A stretch of DNA of 64,000 nucleotides, taken from assembly GCA_964016885.1 (NCBI GenBank), contig OZ024754.1:42656001-42720000 (forward strand), read 5' to 3'. Within the stretch, counting starts at the first letter, position 1, and the number at the start of each line of letters is the position of its first letter. The notes beneath the pieces are model-generated. The model was given only the letters and a program-made list of their open reading frames with translations, was not told where the DNA came from and searched no databases. The translations under genes were made by a program, and so were the position numbers. The DNA comes from Eledone cirrhosa. Taxonomy: Eukaryota. Positions 26,550-38,600 of this stretch are shown here, piece by piece.

Positions 26550-29500
26550 ATGGAAGGTAGGTTATTGATATTGCTCTGGAATAACTTCTGTCTTTTGTTA
26601 GGAATAATACGTGGGAATGATAATACTTTCGTTATTATTTAAATCAGGGATAAATCTATTTATATTGAAGTTTTTAAGTAGAAGTAATTTTAATATCATT
26701 CCATAAAGATTTAATTATGTAAAAATGATGAGTTTTGTTAGTTTGGAGTTTGAAAGTCTTTTAATCTTGGACATGATCTAGTTTTACAATTTTACTTGAT
26801 AATATCTAAATATTTCTTCAACATTTAACAAATATCTATATCTATATATATATTATTTACTTGTTGAATAAAATATGTTTAAACAAACTTCGACATTAAT
26901 CCCAGATATATTTAATGAACCCTAGAAAATCTAAGATTATATAACAATATAAATTCGTGTATAAAATATATCTGGTCAGTAATAACATCCAAATGTTGCT
27001 TCATTGATAAATTTCCTATCTTTGTAAATATATAATCGTTTAATATATAAAGTTTATTAATATAAGTTAATATATAATCGTTTAATATATAAAGTTTATT
27101 AATATAAGTTAATATAAATGGTTAACAATATAAAAGGTTATTATAAAAGTCTATAAATAAAAGTTTATTAATATAAAAGGTTAATAATAATATAAAAGGT
27201 TAATAATATAAAAGTTTATTAATATAGAAGTTTATTAATAATAAAGGTTAGTAATATAAAATGTTATTAATAATATAATTTATTAATATAAGATCACTGA
27301 CTAAAGCCATTTTGGGCAATGAGAGCCATGTTGGAAATTAAGAACAGTTTTTATAGTAATTCTTTATTTTTATCGTTCAAACTGTTATATTAATTTTAGT
27401 TTTAATCAAGAAATAGATCCCCAAAGTATAATTTTCTAATAAAACCAAACATTAAATAGCAATTAGTCCTATAAACTGCATCAAAATCTCTCAGTATTTT
27501 TGCAATTGGCGCGCTTCCACTCCATTGGACTCGCGTTCAGTTTCTTTCAACTAATTAACTTTTTTCTAACCATTTATATATATTTCACAATTTATTAACT
27601 ACTTTATTTAAATATTTTATTTTTATATTTATAATTATAATTCCTTTTCTTTTTTATTCTTTATTTTACCATTGGGAAATGGTTTAACACGGGGAAGAGT
27701 CAATTTAGTCATCACTCCTTCCTCTGAAATTTACATTTCATTAAATAAATATTTTGTTGGGGGTCAAATTAAGTCGATCTAAATAATAAATGTCAAGTGA
27801 ACTTAAAAGATATTGTTGCTTTCAGAGCTGTATTACTTATAAGACTTTATAAAGTACCAGTAATACACTGGGATAATTGCTGGCCTTGTGCCAAAAGTAG
27901 AAACAATTATTTATAAGACTTTATTTTATCGACCCCGTAAGGATGAAAGGCAAAGTTAACCTCGTTCAAATCCTGCCGAGGTTAACTTTGCCTTTCATCC
28001 TTACGGGGTCGATAAATGAAGTAGCAGTAATGCACTGAGGTCGATAAACTCAACATGCCCCTCTCCCTAAATTGTTGGCCTTTTGCCTATATAAGAAATC
28101 ATCATCATCATAATTATTATTATTATTAAACACAATTTGTAAATGCGAGACTTGGTCGGTCTTTTTGTGCCAGTCGTGGTCGAGACTTCTGCTGTCCTTC
28201 GTCTACCAACTGTCATTTCCCTCCGCAAAATCGAGAGCAATGTATCTCGCTTGAGGAAGAAAGGTAGCGTGGCTGATGTAGCGGGTGTCGCTGGCTGTTC
28301 TCTGCAGCAATACCCTCGCCATTTTGTTCGCAGAGTACAGCTGAGCTAAACCCACTTAGACTATGGTGTACTCCCTGCTTCTCCCTGGGATAAACCCATT
28401 TAGATTAGGGTATACTCTGCCGTTCCCTGAGATATACCACTTAGCCTAGAGTATACTCCCTGCCTTTCTCTGAGATATACCATTTAGACTAAACTACTAC
28501 CACTTAGACAGATAAACCCACTTAATGTAGGGTCTACTCTCTCTTTTCTCTTCTATTTTAAATTTTTTCTTAATATGCAAAAATTGATAAATTTCTTTCT
28601 TTTATTCTGAAATAAAATCCCTTCATTTGCTGACTTAAAATAAATTATAAAATAAAATAAAATTTAATTAAACGATAAAAAGATTAGCTTCGCCCACAGG
28701 GGGACTTGAACCCACGACCCTCAGATGACTTGTAGATGACGTCATTAAAAGTCTGATGCTCTACCGACTGAGCTATGCGGGCTAACTTACTTTCATAGGT
28801 TAATAATACTTATTGATATTTAGTTTCTAGAGGACAGAAGACTTGTACTGTGTTGTATACGAGATTCAATGGTTTTTGAACCACCGCCCCTCTCTCCTTT
28901 ATTGATCTTTGTTTTACAATGATGTTACTGTCGTTTAGTTTACATATTGAGACCCCTAATACTCGCTCTATTTATTTTATAACATATGGGATTTCTAGTA
29001 ATGGTCCCTTTTATTATTATTTTTTTTTTTTTTGTCGTGTGTAATGGTTTTTTTTTTTTTAATGTCTAAAAAAAATTAATTGTCGCAGGAATGCTACCAC
29101 TTAAAATAAAATTTCGTCGGAGATAGATCAACAAAATTTAAAAAACGGGGTCGGGTGGCGGTGGAAAAACACCTGCAAAATAAATCAGCGGTGTGTTTGG
29201 GGGTTATTAGAGACACGAAAGTAATAAATAATAAGATTAAACTAAATTTATTTATAGTTTTTAATAGCTAACTTTGTGTATAAATGTAATTTACCTCATA
29301 AACAAGCTAAGATTATATAATTTCGACTGAATTTTTTAAAAATTATATATTTTTTAGATTTTACTATGTGGGTATTTTGTGGTGTTTTTTTTTTTTTTGT
29401 TTATATATATATATAACGAAGGAGTTGTGGTATGGAACCAGATGGACCATAACGCACCAGAGTACTCAATACTTAGGGTAGTAGAGTGGGTAATAGGAGA

Positions 29501-29609
29501 AAGTATGACCCCGACGGCAGAGCTCAAGCCGTTTCGACGGCTATTCCTGGACGCCAGAAATAGCCGTCGAAACGGCTTGAGCTCTGCCGTCGGGGTCATA
29601 CTTTCTCCT

Positions 29610-29648
<39 letters not shown>

Positions 29649-32600
29649 CGGTGGTTTTTCTCATGGACCCATTAAAAACGTGAGTCTTGTAACAAATAAA
29701 TATCAACACAACTTTCCAATCGTGACCACCTCGTCTGTTAACTCCTAACACTAAACTTTAACCAACAATATCTATCATAGATAAATGAATAAGTTCTGAT
29801 TTATTGTCAACTGTTTCTAACAACCTTCGTTGTTTCTACCTGAAAAATGGAAGTATATTTACCATAGCTACGACTAAAGTTCGTTAATTAAAATATCTTG
29901 TATATATAAAGTTAAACAGTGATGATGATGATGATATAAACTGAATTTATATAATGAATATGTAAAAGATAAATCAGTAGAAATTACATTACTATATATA
30001 TACTGTTACATTACTATATATATACTATTACATTACTATATATATACTATTACATTACTCTATATATACTATTACATTACTATATATATACTATTACATT
30101 ACTATATATATACTATTACATTACTATATATATATACTATTACATTACTATATATATACTATTACATTACTATATATATACTGTTACATTACTATATATA
30201 TACTATTATATTACTATATATATACTATTATATTACTCTATATATACTATTACATTACTATATATATACTATTACATTACTATATATATACTATTACATT
30301 ACTCTATATGTATACTATTACATTACTATATATATACTATTACATTACTATATATATACTATTACATTACTCTATATGTATACTATTGAATTTTCCTGGT
30401 AAAGGCTTTACCACACTATAAATAGAAGGACTTGAATTATTTTGAATTATTATAAAATCTGTACTATACTATAACATCTGTACTATACTATAACATCTAT
30501 ACTATAATAATATTTGTACTATACTATAACATCTGTACTATACTATAACATCTGTACTATACTATAACATCTATACTATAATAATATTTGTACTATACTA
30601 TAACATCTGTACTATACTATAGTAACATCTGTACTATACTATAACATCTATTCTATACTATACTATAGTAACATCTGTACTATACTATAATATAACATCT
30701 GTACTATACTATAACGTAAATTATTATATTATAGTACAGTCTCTACTATAATATAATAATTTCCTTATTGGCCACAAGGGTCGATATATAATAACATCTA
30801 TAACTTATATGAAATCACATGCAAACTTTTTATAGTTCTCATTTCAGATATTGGTCTCTCATCAGTTCCATTTCAGTGTCTTGATGAATTTAAAGCTGAA
30901 CCACATTTAGTTCATGAAGACCAGACAGTTCCAGAATATATCGGTGAGATTCCAGTGAACAGTTCTGACAATTTTGAAGAACAAAATGGACTTTGTCACT
31001 CAAACCAGCAGAGGTTTAGTCCTATTTCTAATAACCAATTGAGGCACTTTAAAAGAAAAGTTTTCAAGAAGGTAACAACAAATATCTTGATTTTTATTTT
31101 TATTTATTAATTAATTTATTTTTGGCTGAGTGGTTAGAGAACTGGATTCACAATCATGAGGTTGTCAGTTCTATTCTTGGACCAGGTGATGTGTTATGTC
31201 CTTGAGCAAGACACTTTATTTCACGTTGCTCCTTCTACCTGGAGTTGCAACCGATAGATAGTATTTGCAATTGGAAAGACCAACGGAAACATTGTTCCCT
31301 CGGTCCGATTTGACGAAAGTGGATCAACTCCTTTCTGTTGGTTCTTAACCTTTTTGGGGACCATATTTTGAACACTTGGCACCAACCTAACCAAAGCTGC
31401 CCCTGTTTCTATGAGACTAAAACCACTCATTTTAAAGGGTTTGATTAAAAGGTGGTGAATTATCAGAATTGTTACAGGTATTAGATTAAAAATGTCTCTG
31501 TATTTATTTCGGCTTACTGCATTCTGAGTTCAAAGCATGCCGAGGGCAACCTGGCCTTAAATGCTTTTGAGGTTGATAAATAAAGTAACTGTCAAATACT
31601 GGAAGTTGATTATTCTTCTCTCTGGAGGAAATCGGCCGTGTTCTGACCTGGAAAGAAATGGACTCCATCAGGTTTAAAATATTCCTCTGACTCCATCAGA
31701 ACTTAACGGCCATTTACCAATTTAGATGAAGATCTTCGAACATGTAAGAACCATATGTTAAGTTACTATCTTGATAATGAAACGGTTTATAATTTTAGTA
31801 AATCCCTCAAAATTCTTAATTGACTGAAATATAGAGTTTTCATTACAAATATGGTAACGAAAGAGTTAATAAAATACACTGTATTTCAATTAATGAAAGA
31901 TTTTGAGGGATGTACTACATTCACCACCCATGTTTCAGCACCATGTAACAGTACACCATACACTATATTCACCACCCATGTTTCACTACCATACAATACC
32001 ACACATACACTACATTCACCATCCATGTTTCAGCACCATGTACATCACACATACACTACATTCACCATCCATGTTTCAGCACCATGTACATCACACATAC
32101 ACTACATTCACCATCCATGTACATCACACATACACTACATTCACCACCCTTGTTTCACTGCCATGTACATCACACATACACTACATTCACCATCCATGTT
32201 TCAGCACCATGTACATCACACATAAACTACATTCACCATCCATGTTTCAGCACCATGTACATCACACATACACTACATTCACCATCCATGTTTCAGCACC
32301 ATGTACATCACACATACACTACATTCACCATCCATGTTTCAGCACCATGTACATCACACATACACTACATTCACCATCCATGTTTCAGCACCATGTACAT
32401 CACACATACACTACATTCACCACCCTTGTTTCACTGCCATGTACATCACACATACACTACATTCACCACCCTTGTTTCAGCACCATGTACATCACATCAT
32501 AAAATAATTATCTCTAAACTATCTTTATGTTAAACACTTTCTCTCCCAAGACTCAGTTTTCCATAGAATAATGTAATGTTTAATAAGAATTGACAAATGT

Positions 32601-35600
32601 TTTCAATTAAAAATGGAAAACAAACTAATTTCTTTATCATAAACCACTTCCCTTTTCCCCTAGATTTTACTTATTTCTTTGTTTGAAATACTTTCAGTCT
32701 TCAAAGAAACGAAGACCTCGTGGTAATTACCCACTGCTTGAATCTCCTGTTGTCTTACATCATACACATTCAAATTGTGTTCAGTTTCAGTATTCCAAGA
32801 GAGAACAGCTACAAAAATCTTCACAGAAACTCATGCAAAAACACAGAGAAAGTGAAAGGTATTCTCATTTCTTCTCATACTATGTCATCAAACTAGGCAC
32901 ATGTCTTTAGTTTTTAGTATCAAACAAGGCATATGATTTTATCTTTTATGATCAACTAGGTACATGTCTTAAATTTTATTATAAACTAGCTATAGGTTAA
33001 AGACATAGACTGTGTCTTTCATTAGAAATATGGTAATGAAAGGGTTAATGATATAGACAGTGTCTTTCATTAGAAATATGGTAATGAAAGGGTTAAAGAC
33101 ATAGGCAGTGTCTTTCATTAGAAATATGGTAATAAAAGGGTTAAAGAGACAGACAGTGTCTTTCATTAGAAATATGGTAATGAAAGGGTTAATGACATAG
33201 ACAGTGTCTTTCATTAGAAATATGGGAATGAAAGGGTTAAAGACACAGACAGTGTCTTTCATTAGAAATATGGGAATGAAAGGGTTAATGACATAGACTG
33301 TCTTTCATTAGAAATATGGGAATGAAAGGGTTAATGACATAGACAGTGTCTTTCATTAGAAATATGGAAATGAAAGGGTTAATGACATAGTATCTTTCAT
33401 TAAATTTCATTAAATCACATACAGTTACAAAAGAATTAATATTGTTTTCCTCTCTTTCTAGAGTTCGCCACCGTACGTTAAATGAATTAATGAATAAATT
33501 ATATAAACAGATCCCTGGATATTCAAAATATTCTAAAGGAACCAAGGTTTTTAATCTGATTTTGTTCTTTCTTTCTCTAATTTTATTCTTTATTTGGAAC
33601 TTATAAAAGTACTGAAGTAATAAAGAGAAATGGGAGACATCACAGTATGTCATGAACATGTTTTGTGGTCCCTACAGATAAAATGTTACTGTAACTCCTT
33701 GAAGATGGCAAGGTACTGAAAGTGCCTGACTAGACCAAGAATATTTACTCCAAATACAAAAACTGTAATAAGATATGAAATTATGACAATCTAACCCCTT
33801 ATCCTGTACTTCAACCCTTATTATGACAATGTCACCCTTTATCCTGTACTTCAACCCTTATTATGATAATGTCATCCCTTATCCTAGACTTCAACCCTTA
33901 TTATGACAATGTCACCCCTTATCCTGTACTTCAACCCTTATTATGACAGTGTCACCCCTTATCCTGTACTTCAAGTCTTTTAATGATAAACTGCCATTAG
34001 TTTTATAACATGAAACCCTATAATTTTAACCCTTTAGCATTTAAACCGGCCACATCTGGCCAGAATTCTCTCATCTCTGTCTGCTTAAACTGGTTGGAAC
34101 TGGCCACTCATACTGATGTTAAGATATTGTTCTCAAAATAAATATCAAAATCTCATAGATTTGATATTATTTGAGATAATTATGTAAGATAAAGCCTTTA
34201 CCACAAAAATACAATAGTAGACATAGAAGAATGTAAATGCTAAAGGGTTAAAGTGTTCATATCCAAATTCAAACTTATTTTAATTCTATGTAAGAAACTT
34301 GTAATGGGTCATGTTCTGAACTCTAGCTTAATCAATTAAAAGATGGTTTATTTTACTGAATCCTTCCTAATTTGAAACACATGTAGTCTAACCCATACTA
34401 GCGTGGAAGGTGGATGTTAAATGGCGATGATGATGATGTAGTATATTTTATGTTCATGGGAGAAATAGTGTCATAGAAGAGATAATCTCAGTTATTCTTG
34501 AAAACTTTTTATATAACCAAACCAAACATATTTCCTGTTTATGATGCTTTTCATTTTAAATATTGAATTAATTTTAGGTAGTGACGATGCAACGAGCGAT
34601 TTGCTATATTGTATATCTGGAGAAGATGATCAGTCAAGTTTGTAAAGAACTTAAAGTAACGATGGACATAACCAAAATGTTCCTAACTGTCAGACTCAGT
34701 AGAGAAGGTTAGTTAACCAAAATATTCCTAACTTAACACATTTCTTCAACTCACGTGTAGATGAATGAAAGTGACTGGGTGAGAGGAGTGATAGGAAGGA
34801 AGTAGAGGAAGTGGAAGACCAAGAAAGATATGGCTGAAGATGATGGATGAGGAGAGGAAATGAAAGCCAGTGGGTTGGTGAGTAGAGTGCAGATGGTAGT
34901 AGGACAAAATAGAGAAGTTTGTCATGGGGTCTGCACGACTAACCCCTGCTTTGTCAGGAAAACCCTTATTATTGTTGTATATCTTGTATCTAGTAGCTTG
35001 CAAATGCTGTTCTTTGACAACTTCAAATTGTTTAATTGCAGATTTAAAAAGAGCCTTGTGGGGTTATGACCCATATGAACAGTGGAAGAATCAATGTTCA
35101 ACTTTTGATGTGGTAAGATTTTTAAAGTCTTGAAAATAATGTTTTCTTACACTGGCACAGGTTGATATATTTCTAGAAGAGGGTTACTGTTGCTTGAATG
35201 TTGAGCTCTTTAAGTACTTAAAAGATTATGGTGTCCCTCATGTCATCGTGTTCTTATAGAAACAAGAATTATATATAAAACACCCAGTCCACACTGTAAA
35301 GTGGTCGTGTAAATGACACGGCAAAAAGCACACAGTGTAAATGTGGTTGGTGTTAGGCAGGGCATCCGGCTGTAGAAACCAAGCCAAATCAGTTCTGTGT
35401 GAGCAAATCATGGTCCCCCGACTTGATCCCTCACAAAGGGACAGCCTGTCCTATCCAAGCTAGCGTGGACAATTGACGTTAAATGATGATGATATATGTA
35501 AAATTCTGACCGTGGCAAAAAGGCTTGCTGAACACAAGCTGAAACCACTTGGCACCGCAGTCGGGATTTTATATCTCTATATCCACTCTACATCTCCCCA

Positions 35601-38600
35601 TGTATTGAGTACTCCCATGATTAGTGGTGTCCCTGGTCCCAGCACTGCAGAATCTTTCTCTCTCTCTCACGGAGGAGATGACGAAGGACCGTGATAAGTG
35701 GAGAGATGCTGTGCTGAATAAGACCCGTCCCACCCTTGCAAGCAGGGAAAAGCGGATGTAAAATGATGATGATGATGATATCACAGAGAGTACCTTTGAA
35801 AAATGGTTGGATTTTGCTACATATGACTGGCAGAATATTGACCATTGCTCAGGTCGGAAAGTAACTATAAATAGATGAAATTCTTAATGAAGGCATATTC
35901 AGTTGACAATGAGCTTCAAGTCTTTTGTGAGCTGAATTCCTGTCAGTATTTTAAAAGATTGCTATTGTGGTCTTATTTTTCAATGTTTTCCATATTTTCA
36001 CCAGCAGATTTGATTTGTGTGGGGTTGGCAGAGTTGTGAGGATTTCAGATTAACCCCTTAGCATTTAAACCGGCCGTATCCGGCCAGAATTCTGTTCAAA
36101 TTGACTGTATCTAGCCATTCATACTGATGTGAAGGTATTGTTCTGAAATAAATAATATCAAAATCTCATAGATTCAATATTATGTGAGATATATGCGATA
36201 AAGCCTTTACTGTGAAAATACAATAGTATATATAGAGTAATGTAAATGGTATGTGAGATATTATGTGAGGTAAAGCCTTTACTGTGAAATACAATAGTAT
36301 ATATAGAGTAATGTAAATGGTATGTGAGATATTATGTGAGGTAAAGCCTTTACTGTGACAATACAATAGTATATATAGAGTAATGTAAATGCTAAAGGGT
36401 TAAATATCTTGGTATATGTTCCAGCTTTCTGCACTCTGAATTAAAACTTCACCTCAGAGGCCCACTTTGCCTTTAATCTTTTTTGGGGGTTGATAAAGTA
36501 TCATCCAAGACGTGGTGGGTTCACAGAATTGTTAAAGAGTCAAGCAGGCTAATTTGCAATATCCTATCTATCTCTGTACATTCTCAGTTCAAATCCCGCC
36601 TTTTCCTGCCAGAAGTTGCAACTGGCAGATCATTTCTTTGGTCCAATCTGACAATCAGCTTCTTATAGCCTATTTTTTGCATTATTTCAAGGCTCCATAT
36701 ATAGAGGGTATTTCAAATGAAGTTGTGACAGCTTGTTCCACAGTGATCGACACGGAAGGGAGCCAGTTTTCTCCAGATCTTAACATTACTTGTGAAACTA
36801 ATGATGACAATTCAGTAAATATTTATCTTCCCAATAATGGATTGATTGTAGACACCTACACCTTTAGTATAGTCACTCCAACCTCTGAAGCAGGTTAGTA
36901 TTAACCCTTTTGATACCAATCTGCCCTGTCTTTGGTTCTATGAAATAAGACCACCCATTTTAAAGGGTTCCTATATAAATTTAAATCTTTCAATATAATT
37001 TGATATAAGAGTCTCGATAAGTTATGTTACAAATGTCACCTTAATAATTAGATACCGTATTTCCCTGCATTGAAATTGCTACTTTTTTCCTAAAATAAGT
37101 CCCCAAAATCAACCATGCGTCCTGGAGGCCAAAGGTTTATTATTATTTTTTTCCAAATTTTTGGCCTCAAGGACAAATCGTCTCTGGCGCCGGGGAATAC
37201 GGTGACTAATAATTTTAGTAAATCCCTCCAAATTCTTCATTAATTAATTCAGGTACATTTTATTCCATTAGAAATGTGGTTAGGAAAGGGTTAACCCTAT
37301 CATTACTGTATTTCTAATAAAAGATACTGAGTTTCAAATCATTTTGAAAATAATGAAAAATTTGAAGGGATTTAGTAAAATAACTAACTTTCTCAGTATT
37401 TAGTTAGTGTTTGTAACCTTTGCTAGGTTCTTGCTTCAGTCTTTTAGAAGGAAACACCAGAATTCCCTGTTGTAATTCAATGTGCACATCTCCCATTTCT
37501 TTTCTTTTCTTTTTTTTTTCCTCTAATTAATTTCATTGTTTATTATGTAAATCATATTCTATAAATTGTGTTTATACTAACGCTATCTGTTCAGCTACTG
37601 TAACTAGTCTAATACTTAACTCTTTAGCATTTAAACTGGCTGTATCTGGCCAGAATCCTCTCACCTCTTTCTCTTTAAACTGGCCATAACCAATTGCTCA
37701 TACTTATATTAACCTTTTAGCATTTAAACTGGCCATATCCGGCCAGAATTTCTCACCGCTTTCTGTTCAAACCAGTTGTAATCGGCCACTTATACTGACG
37801 TTAAGGTATTGTTCTCAAAATAAATAACATCAAAATTTCATAGATTCAATATTATGTGAGATAAAACCTTTACTATGAAAATACAATAGTATACAGAGAG
37901 TAATATGAATGCTAAAGGGTTAAGGTATTGTTCTCAAAATAGATAACATCAAAATCTCATAGATTCGATATTATGAAATAATTATGTGTTACCATGAAAA
38001 TACAATAGTAAATATAGAGTAATGTAAATGCTAAAGGGTTAAATATATTTTCCATTTTCTGTAGAATTTCCAAATCCAGAACTAAATTCAGAGGAACCAA
38101 AAATGTTTTCTGGTGATCCTACAGTAAGTTTTGGGGGTTTTTTTAACATCTATGTGTAGTATTGTATATAATTGTCATGTAGGGAAGGTACATGGTTTAG
38201 CATTTAAACCGACTGTATCCGGCCAGAATTCTCTCACTTCTTTCTGTTCAAACCAGCCATAACTGGCCACTCATACTGATGTTACCGTATTGTTCTCAAA
38301 ATAAATAATATCAAAATCTCATAGATTCAATATTATGCGAGATAAAGCCTTTTCTGTGAAAATATAATAGTATATATAGTCATGTAAATGTTAAAGGGTT
38401 AAACATTTCATTACCAAAATACACTGATAACATGCTTCATTTAACTTCAAAAATAATAAGTTTGAGGAATTTAGTAAGGTAACTTTTTTATTCCTAAACT
38501 GGGGTTTATATCATATCATCATCATCATCAACATTTAACTTAATAAACGTATGGTAACGAAGGGGTTAATTATATTTCTTACAAAATTTTCAGTTGGTGA

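Noticed and set aside
31851-32533. His/Thr-rich ORFs in several frames
   Set aside because: They come from a 46-bp intronic minisatellite with no stops and have no splice support.
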